Shown here in pieces: positions 30,741 through 43,791 of a stretch of DNA of 64,000 bases. Below the pieces are notes generated by a model that saw only the letters and a list, made by a program, of their open reading frames with translations, was not told the DNA's origin and did no database searches. The stretch is from positions 31,591-95,590 of the forward strand of contig CACKRM010000001.1 of the NCBI GenBank assembly GCA_902602655.1, given 5' to 3'. Each line of letters starts with the position of its first letter. The stretch's first letter is position 1. Source of the DNA: an uncultured Pelagibacteraceae bacterium. Lineage in GTDB: Bacteria > Pseudomonadota > Alphaproteobacteria > Pelagibacterales > Pelagibacteraceae. A program made the translations under genes and the position numbers.

Positions 30741-32138
30741 TCATTCTTCTAATAACATAGCTTTAATTTGAACGATATTTTTTTTCATTTCATCATCGTT
30801 CTCAGAAAGTTTAGAAATCGTTTTAACTGCGTGAATAACTGTTGTGTGATCTCTGTTGGCAAAACGTCTGCCAATCTCAGGTAGTGATCTTGTTGTCATT
30901 TTTTTTGCAAGATACATTGCAATTTGTCTTGGTCTAGCTAAGGGCCTAGATCTTCTTTGTGATAACATTTCATTTAAAGAAATATTAAAAAAGTTTGACA
31001 CCGTATTTTGAATTTTGTCCACCGTTATTACTTTCGTTTGATTAAAAACATCTTTTAAAACATTCTTACAATCATTTACATTTAATTCTTTTTTATGAAT
31101 TCTGCTGTAAGTAATCACTCTATTCAAAACACCTATAAGTTCTCTTATATTAGTCTTGGACTCACTGGCTATATAATTTATTACTTCTTCACTTACCTTA
31201 AAATTTTCTTTAAATTGACTTTGTACATCCAATATTCTTTTTCGGATGATCTCTGTTTTTAGTTCAAGATCAGGTATTTCAATATCAACAGTTAAACCAC
31301 CCGATAATCTTGATTTTATACGATCTTGAACTCTGTCTAATTTCATTGGTGCTCTATCGGATGAAATAATAATTTGAGAACTTTTTTCAATTAAACTATT
31401 AAAGGTGTGAAAAAATTCCTCCTGTAAACCCTCTTTCCCCCTTATGAATTGAATATCATCAATTATGAAAACAGAAGACTTTCTAAAAAAATCTTTAAAA
31501 TTGACCATATCATTTTTTTTAATAGATTTTATGAAGTGATACATAAACCTCTCAGCTGAAATGAACATCACATTATTCTTTTCTTGTAATTCTAGACCTA
31601 TAGCATTTAATAAGTGTGTTTTGCCTAATCCTACACCGCCATAGATATATAAAGGATTATACCTAGAAAGTTGCTCGCATATTTTTTTTGAGGAAGATAA
31701 AGCAATTTTATTACTAGTTCCCTCAATAAAGTTATCAAAATTTAGGTTAGGATTGAGTCTGTTATAATTCAAAATTGAGTCTTTAATTTCTGTAATTTTG
31801 TTAAATTCAATGTTTTTTGAGTTAGAACTATTAATGTTAGACTTATTGTCCTCAGAAATCTTAAATTCAACTCTATTAAGGCTCATTTTAAATGTTTTTA
31901 ATAGTTTAAGAATTTTATCGAGATATCTTGAAACAATCCAATCTCTAAAAAATCTTGTTGGAACTCCAAGAACAAGGTGATCGTTGAATTCTTTTAAAAG
32001 TTCAATATTTTTTAACCAGCTTGAGTACACTTCGGTGCCGAAATTCTTTTCTAAAGAGTCCTGTATTTGGGACCAGTCTATAGTCTTTTCTTCTTCGGAA
32101 ACGAAAATATCCTTCTTTTTAATTGATTTTTTTTCCAT
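30741..32138 (-). CDS. dnaA: Chromosomal replication initiator
   Basis: YNPLYIYGGVGLGKTHL, DDIQF, QEEFFHTFN, RPRQIAMYL, RDHTTV. Confidence 0.97.
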   Translation of the reverse strand: MEKKSIKKKDIFVSEEEKTIDWSQIQDSLEKNFGTEVYSSWLKNIELLKEFNDHLVLGVPTRFFRDWIVSRYLDKILKLLKTFKMSLNRVEFKISEDNKSNINSSNSKNIEFNKITEIKDSILNYNRLNPNLNFDNFIEGTSNKIALSSSKKICEQLSRYNPLYIYGGVGLGKTHLLNAIGLELQEKNNVMFISAERFMYHFIKSIKKNDMVNFKDFFRKSSVFIIDDIQFIRGKEGLQEEFFHTFNSLIEKSSQIIISSDRAPMKLDRVQDRIKSRLSGGLTVDIEIPDLELKTEIIRKRILDVQSQFKENFKVSEEVINYIASESKTNIRELIGVLNRVITYSRIHKKELNVNDCKNVLKDVFNQTKVITVDKIQNTVSNFFNISLNEMLSQRRSRPLARPRQIAMYLAKKMTTRSLPEIGRRFANRDHTTVIHAVKTISKLSENDDEMKKNIVQIKAMLLEE

Positions 32139-32392
32139 GTAATTAATTTCGTTGAATTTAATTTTATTTATTATTTTAGAAACTTATTCAAGAAATATTT
32201 TCAAAAAATAAAAAAAAATTCGTTTTTGGTTGTATAGTTAACGCAAGGATAGAATTAAAAAAAAATTATAACACCTACAACTTAGAAAATTAAATATCTA
32301 TATTTAGTTTTGATAAATAAAAAATTAAAAAAATTAAACAACTTGGGAATGTAAAATTAAATTTATCAACTTAAGATTGATTCAATCTTACT

Positions 32393-32656
32393 TTATTTTT
32401 TTTTTGAAATTCTTTTTTGAATTTTAGAGACTTTTCTAGCTGCTGTTTTTTTACTAACTGCGCCTGATTTAGCAACCTGCATGAGAATCGACTGAAACTT
32501 AGGAAAAAAGCTTTTAATCTTATCGCTTTTTCCTGAGTCAATTAATTTTTCCATTTGTTTAACTGCAGACTTGTATTTGCTTTTTCTTAAACGGTTTACA
32601 AGAGTTTGTTTTTTTATTCTTCTCACTCTTCTAATAGCAGATTTTGTATTTGGCAT
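32393..32656 (-). CDS. rpsT: 30S ribosomal protein S20
   Basis: MPNTKSAIRR, K.TAARKVS; canonical position before dnaA. Confidence 0.93.
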   Translation of the reverse strand: MPNTKSAIRRVRRIKKQTLVNRLRKSKYKSAVKQMEKLIDSGKSDKIKSFFPKFQSILMQVAKSGAVSKKTAARKVSKIQKRISKKK

Positions 32657-32702
32657 AATTTTTGCTCATTATATATATGTCAAGTAAATCGCGGTCAACT
32701 TC

Positions 32703-33566
32703 TTATTTTTGACAGTCTGGACAAAAAAAAGTCGATCTGTTTGATATTATTACTCTTCTTATAAAGCTCTTACACTTTACTCTTTTGCAAGATTGATTTG
32801 CTCTATTGTAAACCTTGAACTTTTGTTGATATTTTCCTACTTTTCCATCACTATTTTCAAAATTTTTTATAGAAGATCCTCCCTCCTTAATAGACTTTTT
32901 AAGAACTATCTTGGTAAATTTTATTATATTTTTAATTTCATGAAGTGATATTTTAAAAATATTCTTACTTGGATTTACTTTACTAAAATAAAGTACCTCA
33001 TTTACATATATATTTCCTAGACCAGAAACAAATTTTTGATCCATAAGTAAATCTTTAATTTTTCTTTTTCTTTTTAATATCCTCTTTTTAAAATAATTAA
33101 GGTTGAAGTTATTCGATAGTGGTTCTGGACCTAAAAATTTTAAATGAAGATTTTTTGATAGTTTCTTTGAATTTACAGTCTTAATAAAACCAAATTTTCT
33201 TATATCGTTATAAATTAATTGTTTGTTTTTGTTTAAAATAAAAATTATGTGATTATGTTTTGATGTATTCTTATAAATTGTATCGTGAAAACTGGTTTTT
33301 TTTAACTTATTTTTTTCTTTAATTAAAAATTTTCCAGTCATTCCAAGATGAACGAGCAAAAGTATTTTTTGATCAAAATAAAAAATCAAATATTTTGACC
33401 TTCTTTTAATATTAATTATTTTTTTTCCCTGTAATTTTGTTAAATTTATTTTATTAATCAAATATCTAAGTTTTTTGGTCTTAATTATAACTTTTTTAAT
33501 TGTTAAAGTTTTAATATTTCTATTTAGAGACTTTTTAACAACTTCAACTTCAGGTAATTCTGGCAT
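32703..33566 (-). CDS. mutM: Formamidopyrimidine-DNA glycosylase
   Basis: True start MPELPEVE; HLGMTG, GLGNIY, C-terminal zinc finger RSTFFCPDCQK. Confidence 0.95.
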   Translation of the reverse strand: MPELPEVEVVKKSLNRNIKTLTIKKVIIKTKKLRYLINKINLTKLQGKKIINIKRRSKYLIFYFDQKILLLVHLGMTGKFLIKEKNKLKKTSFHDTIYKNTSKHNHIIFILNKNKQLIYNDIRKFGFIKTVNSKKLSKNLHLKFLGPEPLSNNFNLNYFKKRILKRKRKIKDLLMDQKFVSGLGNIYVNEVLYFSKVNPSKNIFKISLHEIKNIIKFTKIVLKKSIKEGGSSIKNFENSDGKVGKYQQKFKVYNRANQSCKRVKCKSFIRRVIISNRSTFFCPDCQK

Positions 33567-33585
33567 ATAATTTAAATAAATATAT

Positions 33586-34290
33586 ATGAAGACAAATTTA
33601 AATAATAAAGACAAGTTAGTAAACACAGTTTTTAGTACTGTTTATAAAAAGTATGACTTAATGAATGACGTCATGTCATTAGGTGTTCATAGAGTTTGGA
33701 AAAAAAAAATGATTGACTGGATGAAGCCTCAAATAAACAGTTCAGTTATTGACGTCGCATCGGGTACTGGCGATATGGCAAAATTAATTTCAGATAAAAA
33801 TATGTCTAAATCGAAAATATGTTGCGTCGAACCAAATAAAAATATGCTAAAAATAGGAAAAAATAGACTAAAAAAATATACTAACATAGAGTGGAAGTTA
33901 GCCCCAGCTGAAAATCTTCCTGTTAAAGATAATTCATATGATTTTTATGTAATAAGTTTTGGTATTAGAAATGTATCAAATATAAATCTTTGTTTAAAAG
34001 AATCATTGCGAGTTCTCAAACCGGGAGGGAGATTTATGTGTTTAGAATTTTCAAAAGTTGAAAATGAAATACTCAGCGGAATTTACAAAAATTATTCAAA
34101 AATTATTCCATTGATTGGAAAGTATATAATGGGTGACTCAATGCCTTACAAATACCTAATTGAAAGCATTGATCAATTTTATAATCAAAATGAACTTTTA
34201 AAAATTATAAACAATGTTGGTTTTTCTAATGTAGAATATAGAAATTTATCTGGAGGAATATCTGCCATTCATTCAGGATGGAAAATTTAA
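33586..34290 (+). CDS. ubiE: Ubiquinone/menaquinone C-methyltransferase
   Basis: YDLMNDVMSLG.HR.WK, DVASGTGD, SFGIRNV, LKPGG, LEFS. Confidence 0.95.
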   Translation: MKTNLNNKDKLVNTVFSTVYKKYDLMNDVMSLGVHRVWKKKMIDWMKPQINSSVIDVASGTGDMAKLISDKNMSKSKICCVEPNKNMLKIGKNRLKKYTNIEWKLAPAENLPVKDNSYDFYVISFGIRNVSNINLCLKESLRVLKPGGRFMCLEFSKVENEILSGIYKNYSKIIPLIGKYIMGDSMPYKYLIESIDQFYNQNELLKIINNVGFSNVEYRNLSGGISAIHSGWKI

Positions 34291-34292
34291 GT

Positions 34293-35858
34293 ATGATAAA
34301 AAGAATTTTTCAACTTTTTAAAATTACAAGAAAACTAGCTACATCAGGTGCCATTAATTCTATTGATGAAATTTACAATATTCCATTATCTGTAAAGTTT
34401 CTTTTTGAAGCGATGTCTTTAGGCTCTTCAAAAAAATACGATAACCAAAAATTAAGTCCAGGAGAAAAATTATGTAATGCGTGTGAAAGCATGGGAACTA
34501 CCTTTATTAAATTAGGTCAATTTTTGGCTACAAGACCTGATATAATAGGTGAAAAAACTGCAAATGATCTTGCAAAACTACAAGATAAACTTCCGCCTTT
34601 TAGCACATACGAGACAAAACAAGTTTTAAAAAAAGAAATTGGTGAAAAATTATATAAAAATATTTTTGAATTAAGTGAACCAATAGCTGCTGCATCAATT
34701 GCTCAGGTTCATACCGCTAAAATTAAGATTAATGAGGAAGATAAATTAGTTGCAATTAAAATTTTAAGACCAGATATAGAAAAGCTTTTTAATGAAGAAT
34801 TAGATGCCTTGATGTTATTAGCCTATTTTGTAGAAAATTTAGTTCCAAAAACAAAAAGACTTAAGTTAATCGAGTCAGTCCACTTGCTTAAAGAGATAAC
34901 TAATATAGAAATGGATTTAAGATTTGAAGCAGCTGCAGCTAATGAATTATATGAAAATACCAAAAATGATGATGGATTTGATGTTCCAAAAATTTATTGG
35001 AATTATACATCTAAGAGAATATTAACTTTGGATAAAGTAAATGGAACCTCTATAAGAGAAATTGAAAATTTAAAAAAATCTGGTGTAGATCTTAAAAAAC
35101 TTTCTGAGAATCTTATACAACAATTTCTTACGCAAGCAGTTAGAGATGGTTTTTTTCATGGAGATATGCATCAAGGAAATCTTTTTGTTGACGAGAAAGG
35201 CAACATCGTACCTGTAGATTTTGGAATAATGGGTAGGCTCGATAAAAATAATAAACAATATTTAGCAGAAATTTTATATGGTTTTGTTCAAAGAGATTAT
35301 ATAAAGGTTGCTGAAGTTCACTTTCAGGCAGGTTTGGTTCCTAAAGATACTTCTAAAGAAAAATTTGCACAAGCTTTGAGGTCTGTGGGTGAACCAATTT
35401 TTGGTCAATCAATAAAGGATATTTCTGGAGGAAACTTACTTTCCCAACTTTTTGAAATAACAGAGAAATTTAATATGGCGACACAAACTCAACTTTTAAT
35501 TTTACAAAAAACTATGGTGGTTGTGGAGGGAGTCGCAAGAAAACTTTACGCTGAAACAAATATATGGGAAGTTTCTAGGCCTATACTTGAAACGTGGATT
35601 AAAAATATGAAAGACCCAAAAACAAAGTTTGATCAAGTTATAAATACCTCTAGTGAAGTTTTGAAAAGAATACCAGATTTACCCAATTTTATGGATAAGG
35701 CAGACTATGCTCTTCGACTCATAGCGGAGGGAAGGTTAAATCTAGGAGCTCTTAACAACAAATCTCTTGAAGTTGAAGAAATGAAGTTAAAAAATTTTAA
35801 AAATAACATGATTATTGGTTTTTTAGGTATTGTAATTTTAATTCTATTGGTATTTTAA
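34293..35858 (+). CDS. ubiB: Ubiquinone biosynthesis kinase-like protein
   Basis: FIKLGQFLATRPD, AASIAQVH, FFHGDMHQGN, DFGIMG. Confidence 0.95.
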   Translation: MIKRIFQLFKITRKLATSGAINSIDEIYNIPLSVKFLFEAMSLGSSKKYDNQKLSPGEKLCNACESMGTTFIKLGQFLATRPDIIGEKTANDLAKLQDKLPPFSTYETKQVLKKEIGEKLYKNIFELSEPIAAASIAQVHTAKIKINEEDKLVAIKILRPDIEKLFNEELDALMLLAYFVENLVPKTKRLKLIESVHLLKEITNIEMDLRFEAAAANELYENTKNDDGFDVPKIYWNYTSKRILTLDKVNGTSIREIENLKKSGVDLKKLSENLIQQFLTQAVRDGFFHGDMHQGNLFVDEKGNIVPVDFGIMGRLDKNNKQYLAEILYGFVQRDYIKVAEVHFQAGLVPKDTSKEKFAQALRSVGEPIFGQSIKDISGGNLLSQLFEITEKFNMATQTQLLILQKTMVVVEGVARKLYAETNIWEVSRPILETWIKNMKDPKTKFDQVINTSSEVLKRIPDLPNFMDKADYALRLIAEGRLNLGALNNKSLEVEEMKLKNFKNNMIIGFLGIVILILLVF

Positions 35859-35866
35859 TTAAACTT

Positions 35867-37096
35867 ATGTCTCTAAATAATAAAAAAATTCTTATGATAG
35901 TTGGTGGAGGTATATCTGCTTATAAAGCTTTAGACCTAGCCAGGCTTTTAAGAAAAAAAGATGTTAAAGTAAAAACTATCCTTACGAAAAGTGGAAAAAA
36001 CTTTGTAACTCCTCTCTCTATAACGTCTTTAACAAATAACAAAGTTTATGAAGATATATTTGATGCAAAAAATGAGTCTGAGATTGACCATATTTCTTTA
36101 TCTAGATGGGCAGATTTAATATTAGTAATGCCGACCACTGCGAATTTTATGACTAAATTATCTTTAGGGCAGGCTAGTGATTTAGCAACGACTGTTATAC
36201 TAGCTTCAAATAAAGATATTGTTCTTGTGCCAGCAATGAATGTTAGGATGTGGTTACATTCAGCTACTCAAAGTAATTTTAAAACTTTATCTGGTTACGG
36301 TTATAAATTTATAGGACCTGAAAAAGGTGAAATGGCGTGTGGTGAATATGGGGAAGGCAAAATGTCAAGCCCTAGACAAATATTATCTTATTTAAAAGAA
36401 TATTTTGATAATAAAAATTTTTTTAAATCAAAAAATATTAAAGCTTTAGTAACTACCGGACCTACAAGAGAATATTTTGATGCTGTAAGATATATTTCTA
36501 ATAATTCAAGTGGAAAACAAGGTTACGAAGTAGCTTTGGCTTTTTCAAGAATGGGAATTAAAACTACATTAGTTGCTGGACCAAGTGAAATTAATTCTTC
36601 AAAAGATCTTGTAATAAAAAAGGTGGAGAGTTCAGTTCAAATGCTAGAAGAGGTAAAAAAATCTCTTCCAGTGGATATTGCGGTATGTGCTGCGGCTGTT
36701 TCTGATTATAGACCAAAAACAAAAGCACAACAAAAAATAAAAAAAAAAATTACTGAATTAAATTATTTAGAACTACAAAAAAGTCCAGATATACTCGAAT
36801 TTTTAAGTAAAAATAATAAAGCAAGACCAACTTTAGTCGTAGGGTTCTCTGCAGAAACTGAAAATATAATTAAAAATTCGGTATTAAAATTAAAACAAAA
36901 ATATTGTGATTTGATTATTGCTAACGATGTATCAAATAAAAAAACTGGGTTTAACGTTGATTATAACAAAGTTTCTATAATTAACAAAAAAGGTCAAATA
37001 GAAAAAATACCAAGAAACAAAAAAAGTTTTATAGCTTCAATATTAGTAAAAAAAATAATGGAAAATTTTTTAAGTAACTCAAAAAAAAATCACTAA
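35867..37096 (+). CDS. coaBC: Phosphopantothenoylcysteine decarboxylase/ligase
   Basis: GGISAYK, PAMN..M, MACGEYG.G, TGPTRE..D.VRYISN.SSGKQG, GFSAET, ANDV. Confidence 0.95.
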   Translation: MSLNNKKILMIVGGGISAYKALDLARLLRKKDVKVKTILTKSGKNFVTPLSITSLTNNKVYEDIFDAKNESEIDHISLSRWADLILVMPTTANFMTKLSLGQASDLATTVILASNKDIVLVPAMNVRMWLHSATQSNFKTLSGYGYKFIGPEKGEMACGEYGEGKMSSPRQILSYLKEYFDNKNFFKSKNIKALVTTGPTREYFDAVRYISNNSSGKQGYEVALAFSRMGIKTTLVAGPSEINSSKDLVIKKVESSVQMLEEVKKSLPVDIAVCAAAVSDYRPKTKAQQKIKKKITELNYLELQKSPDILEFLSKNNKARPTLVVGFSAETENIIKNSVLKLKQKYCDLIIANDVSNKKTGFNVDYNKVSIINKKGQIEKIPRNKKSFIASILVKKIMENFLSNSKKNH

Positions 37097-37107
37097 TTTT
37101 TTATAAT

Positions 37108-37860
37108 ATGATTTTTACAAATCAGGATTTTAAAAGAAATTATAAGCAAATAGTACTTAAAAAAATTGGTATAATTGGGCAAAAAAAAATTCAAAAATCA
37201 AAAGTCTTAGTCATAGGTGTCGGTGGGTTAGGGTGTCCTTTAATAATGTATCTTGCTAATTCAGGTATTTGCAATATTGGTGTTGTTGATCACGATAAAG
37301 TGGACTTATCGAATTTAAATAGACAAATTCTTTTCACTCCAAAAGATGTTGGAAAGTTAAAAGTAGATATCGCAAAAAAAATTTTGAAAAAAATTAATAA
37401 AAAAATAAAAGTATCTTGTTTTCAAAAAAAAATTTCTAAACAAAATATTGAAGAAATAATTAGTAAGTTTGATATAATTTGTGATGGTTCTGATAATTTT
37501 GAAACTAGGTATTTAGTAAATGATTTTTGTTTAAAAAAGAAAAAAATTTTAATTTCTGCAGCTATAAGTAAATTTGATGGCCACATCTTTAATTTTAATT
37601 TCAAGAAAAAAACTCCTTGTCTGAGATGTTTTATGCCGGAAATGCCAAGTGTTTCGAATAATTGTGAGTCTGAAGGCATTATGTCTACTGTAGCTGGAAT
37701 GGCAGGAACGCTTCAAGCAAATGAGGTGATAAATACAATTATAAACCCGAACAATACCATGAAGGGTAAAATGATAGCTTTTAATTCATTAACATCAAAT
37801 TTTAGAAAAATTAAATTATCAAGAAGTTTAAAATGTATAAAAGATTGTTCAAAAAGATAA
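37108..37860 (+). CDS. HesA/MoeB/ThiF family adenylyltransferase
   Basis: GVGGLG, D.VDLSNLNRQ, DGSDNF.TR, PCLRC. Confidence 0.9.
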   Translation: MIFTNQDFKRNYKQIVLKKIGIIGQKKIQKSKVLVIGVGGLGCPLIMYLANSGICNIGVVDHDKVDLSNLNRQILFTPKDVGKLKVDIAKKILKKINKKIKVSCFQKKISKQNIEEIISKFDIICDGSDNFETRYLVNDFCLKKKKILISAAISKFDGHIFNFNFKKKTPCLRCFMPEMPSVSNNCESEGIMSTVAGMAGTLQANEVINTIINPNNTMKGKMIAFNSLTSNFRKIKLSRSLKCIKDCSKR

Positions 37861-38309
37861 AAAATATAAAATTTTTTTATTTTTTTATTCTTTTTTTTTT
37901 AATAATTCCAAATTTTGTTTTTGCAGAAAATTATTTTTTAACTTTAAGAAATGATAAAGTTAATTTAAGACAAGGTCCTTCGTTAGATTATCCTATAAAA
38001 CTACAGTACAAAAAAAAATATTTGCCTGTCTTAGTTAAGGATAAATCAGGAAATTTTAGGAAAATTGTTGATCATCAAAATAATTCAGGATGGATACATA
38101 TTTCCCAACTCTCAAAAAAAAAGGCGGGTATTGCAAAAAATGAGGAAATAATTGTTTTTAAAAATCCTACAATATATTCGAAACCTTTAGTCGCATTAAA
38201 CAAAGGAAGGCTTTGTATAATAAAAAAATGTAAAAAGGAGTGGTGTAAGATTAAAGTTGAAAAATATAATGGCTGGATTAAAAAAAATGATTTATGGGGA
38301 AGACTTTAA
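37833..38309 (+). CDS. Secreted tandem bacterial SH3 domain protein
   Basis: Signal peptide; VNLRQGPS, GWIH, WC......GWIK...LWG. Confidence 0.82.
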   Translation: MYKRLFKKIKNIKFFYFFILFFLIIPNFVFAENYFLTLRNDKVNLRQGPSLDYPIKLQYKKKYLPVLVKDKSGNFRKIVDHQNNSGWIHISQLSKKKAGIAKNEEIIVFKNPTIYSKPLVALNKGRLCIIKKCKKEWCKIKVEKYNGWIKKNDLWGRL

Positions 38310-38310
38310 T

Positions 38311-38556
38311 TTAACTTTTACTTACTTTTGAAGCCCAAAATTTATCTAGCAAGAAATACCATACTGCATTTGCTAATGGTTCTACTATTGCATCAGTCAA
38401 AGCAACTGAAAATGAAACATCAGCAATTGACATTAAAACAATTATTGCAATCGCAAAGTGACCAATAGTATAAACTATTGTTCTAAGTATGGAACCCTTG
38501 TTGCTTTTGTAAACATTTTTTGCAGCAGTGAAGATTCCTTGTGTAAATTCAACCAT
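38311..38556 (-). CDS. Small membrane protein (DUF2061-like)
   Basis: 2 TM; RT..YT.GH and EP..N..WY..LD..W pattern; 8 bp downstream of katG. Confidence 0.6.
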   Translation of the reverse strand: MVEFTQGIFTAAKNVYKSNKGSILRTIVYTIGHFAIAIIVLMSIADVSFSVALTDAIVEPLANAVWYFLLDKFWASKVSKS

Positions 38557-38564
38557 GTTAATAA

Positions 38565-40785
<2,221 letters not shown>

Positions 40786-40801
40786 AGTCAATAAAGGATA
40801 A

Positions 40802-41212
40802 TTATTTTTGTATTCTAATTATAACTTCAAGATTTTTAATTTTTTTCCCTTTAGGCGGAACAGGAACTTTGCTTAGCTTTACTTGATTATAGTCGATATC
40901 TGTAAGTTCCTTTGTGCCTTCATCATAAAAATGGTGGTGCGACTTTATGTTCGTGTCGTAATAACTTTTGCTTTTACTTGTTAAAATTTCTTTAAGGTAA
41001 CCAGCTTTTGTAAATGCTTCTACTGTATTGTAGATTGTAGCCAAGGAAACTTTTGCACTTCCTTTTTTGTTAATTACTTTATTTAATTTTTCAACTGTGA
41101 AATGAAAAGTTTTACTCCTCTCAAATAAGTTTTTTGCTATTAAAATTCTTTGTTTGGTGGGTCTTAGGCCAGATGTTCTCAATTTATCTATAAAAGCTTG
41201 ATTATTGTTCAT
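40802..41212 (-). CDS. irr: Iron response regulator (Fur family)
   Basis: GLRPTKQR, HFT.E, SLATIYNT, HHHF motif; divergent from fabA as in other alphaproteobacteria. Confidence 0.88.
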   Translation of the reverse strand: MNNNQAFIDKLRTSGLRPTKQRILIAKNLFERSKTFHFTVEKLNKVINKKGSAKVSLATIYNTVEAFTKAGYLKEILTSKSKSYYDTNIKSHHHFYDEGTKELTDIDYNQVKLSKVPVPPKGKKIKNLEVIIRIQK

Positions 41213-41288
41213 TTTATTTTTGTTTAAATTTGTTTCAAATAAATAGTATATTAAATTTATCTTTAATAAAGTAATAAATATAAAATTT

Positions 41289-41792
41289 ATGAAAAAAAAA
41301 TCATCTTATGGCTATGACGAGCTAATTGAATGTGGAAATGGTAATTTATTTGGTCCAGGTAATGCAAAACTGCCACTTCCTCCTATGCTCATGTTTGACA
41401 GAATATCAGAAATTAGCGAGAATAAAGGAACTTTTAAAAAAGGATTAATTAAGGCAGAGTTGGACATAAAAGAAAATTTGTGGTTTTTTGAATGTCACTT
41501 TAGAAATGATTCTGTTATGCCTGGATGTTTAGGTTTAGACGCAATGTGGCAATTAGTTGGTTTTTACTTAGGTTGGCTTGGAAACCCAGGGAAAGGAAGG
41601 GCTTTGGGGGTAAACACTGTGAAGTTTACTGGAGAAGTTTTGAAAAGTGTAAAGTTAGCGACTTATGAAATAAATATGAAAAGAATACTTATAAAAGAAG
41701 GTACAACAGTAGGTTTAGCAGATGGAATTCTTAAAGCAGATGGCAAGAAAATTTATTCAGCAGAAAATTTGAAAGTAGGATTATTTAAATAA
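41289..41792 (+). CDS. fabA: 3-hydroxyacyl-ACP dehydratase/isomerase
   Basis: [32 protein letters not shown]. Confidence 0.96.
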   Translation: MKKKSSYGYDELIECGNGNLFGPGNAKLPLPPMLMFDRISEISENKGTFKKGLIKAELDIKENLWFFECHFRNDSVMPGCLGLDAMWQLVGFYLGWLGNPGKGRALGVNTVKFTGEVLKSVKLATYEINMKRILIKEGTTVGLADGILKADGKKIYSAENLKVGLFK

Positions 41793-43003
41793 TGAAAAGA
41801 GTAGTAGTAACAGGAATTGGAATTGTATCTTGCTTAGGCAATAACCAAGATGAAGTTTATAAATCTTTATTAAATTCAAAGTCAGGTATAACTTTTTGTG
41901 AAGATTATAAAGAACATAACTTAAAAAGTCATATTCATGGAAAACCTAAGATAAAAATTGAAGAACACGTAGATAGAAAAGTAATGAGATTTATGGGAAG
42001 CGGTTCGGCATATAACTATATTGCTATGGCAGAAGCTGTGAAAGACTCAGGTTTAAAAGATAATGAAGTAAGTAATGATTTAACAGGAATGGTGATGGGA
42101 TCGGGCGGGCCTTCAATTGAAAATGTAATTTTAGCAGCAGATAAAACACGAGAAAAAAATCCAAAAAAGATGGGGCCTTTCATTGTGCCGAGAACAATGG
42201 CAAGCACAGCTTCAGCAACACTAGCAGTGCCTTTTAAAATTAAAGGTGTTAACTATACGATTAGTTCTGCTTGCGCAACTAGTGGTCATTGTATAGGTAA
42301 TGCAATGGAATTAATTCAATTTGGAAAACAAAAAGTAGTTTTTGCAGGTGGGAGTGATGAACTGCATTGGGCAATGACAGCGATGTTCGATGCTATGACT
42401 GCTCTTTCTTCAAAATATAATGACACTCCTGAGAAAGCCTCGAGGCCTTATGATAAAACAAGAGATGGTTTTGTAATTGCTGGTGGTGCCGGAGTATTAG
42501 TTTTAGAAGAATATGAACATGCAAAAGCAAGAGGTGCTAATATCTACGCAGAAATAACTGGATATGGTGCTACATCTGATGGTAGTGATATGGTAGCTCC
42601 ATCAGGCGAGGGAGCAGTGAGATGTATGAATATGGCGCTTAAAACATCTAAGAATAAAATTGATTATATTAATACTCATGGAACTTCTACTCCAGTTGGA
42701 GATATTACTGAACTAAAAGCGGTTTCAGAAGCTTTTAAAGAAAAAATACCTAAAATAAGCTCTACGAAATCTCTTTCTGGACATCCGTTAGGTGCTGCTT
42801 CAGTTCATGAAGCAATTTATAGTTTGATTATGATGAAAAATAGTTTTATTGCTGCCTCAGTCAATATAGAAGAAATGGACGAGGAGGCAAAAAAGTTTCC
42901 AATAGTAACCAAGGTAGAAAAAAATATTAATTTAAATTCAGTAATGTCAAACAGTTTTGGTTTTGGTGGTACAAATGCTACTTTGGTTTTCGAAAAGGTT
43001 TAA
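41792..43003 (+). CDS. fabB: Beta-ketoacyl-ACP synthase I
   Basis: [30 protein letters not shown]. Confidence 0.95.
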   Translation: MKRVVVTGIGIVSCLGNNQDEVYKSLLNSKSGITFCEDYKEHNLKSHIHGKPKIKIEEHVDRKVMRFMGSGSAYNYIAMAEAVKDSGLKDNEVSNDLTGMVMGSGGPSIENVILAADKTREKNPKKMGPFIVPRTMASTASATLAVPFKIKGVNYTISSACATSGHCIGNAMELIQFGKQKVVFAGGSDELHWAMTAMFDAMTALSSKYNDTPEKASRPYDKTRDGFVIAGGAGVLVLEEYEHAKARGANIYAEITGYGATSDGSDMVAPSGEGAVRCMNMALKTSKNKIDYINTHGTSTPVGDITELKAVSEAFKEKIPKISSTKSLSGHPLGAASVHEAIYSLIMMKNSFIAASVNIEEMDEEAKKFPIVTKVEKNINLNSVMSNSFGFGGTNATLVFEKV

Positions 43004-43005
43004 TT

Positions 43006-43791
43006 ATGAGTTTAGTTAAAGGAAAAAAAGGATTGATAATGGGAGTAGCTAATGAGAGATCAATAGCTTGGGGTATCGCTAAAAATTTGTCTGAAAATGG
43101 GGCGGAGCTAGCATTCACGTATTTAGGTGATGCTTTAAAAAAAAGAGTTACACCACTTGCAGAATCTTTAAATTCAAAACATTTGATCAATTGCAATGTT
43201 GAGAATAAGGAAGATATTGTAAAAACTTTCGAAGAAATAAAGAATAAATGGGGTCAATTAGATTTTGTAGTTCATGCAATTGCTTTCTCTGATAGAGCAG
43301 AGTTAACTGGTCAATATATTGATACATCTAGAGAGAACTTTAGCAAAAGCATGCTGATTTCATGCTTTTCTTTTACCGAGATAGCTAAAGAGGCATCAAA
43401 AATAATGAAAGCCGGATCTAGTATGCTAACTCTTAGTTACGAGTCAACAAAAGTAATTCCCAATTATAATGTGATGGGTGTATGTAAGGCAGCTTTGGAG
43501 TCAAGCGTAAAATATATAGCCAGAGATTTGGGATCTAAAGGAATAAGAGTAAATGCTATAAGTGCTGGACCAATAAAAACTCTAGCTGCATCTGCTATCG
43601 GTGATGCAAAATTTTTGTATAAGTGGAGCTCTGACCACTCATTTTTAAAAAGAAACGTAGACATAAATGATGTAGGGAAATCTGCATTATATTTAATTAG
43701 TGATTTAGCTGCAGGTGTAACGGGTGAGATTCATTACGTAGATGCTGGATATAATAAAGCAGGGATGCCTGACCCCAAAAATATTTCTTAA
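43006..43791 (+). CDS. fabI: Enoyl-ACP reductase
   Basis: GVANERSIAWGIA, YNVMGVCKAALE, ISAGPIKTLA. Confidence 0.95.
   Translation: MSLVKGKKGLIMGVANERSIAWGIAKNLSENGAELAFTYLGDALKKRVTPLAESLNSKHLINCNVENKEDIVKTFEEIKNKWGQLDFVVHAIAFSDRAELTGQYIDTSRENFSKSMLISCFSFTEIAKEASKIMKAGSSMLTLSYESTKVIPNYNVMGVCKAALESSVKYIARDLGSKGIRVNAISAGPIKTLAASAIGDAKFLYKWSSDHSFLKRNVDINDVGKSALYLISDLAAGVTGEIHYVDAGYNKAGMPDPKNIS

Noticed and set aside
32139-32392. oriC next to dnaA
   Set aside because: AT-rich but no cluster of good DnaA boxes (best seen TTATCAACT, two mismatches); alphaproteobacterial origins are usually elsewhere
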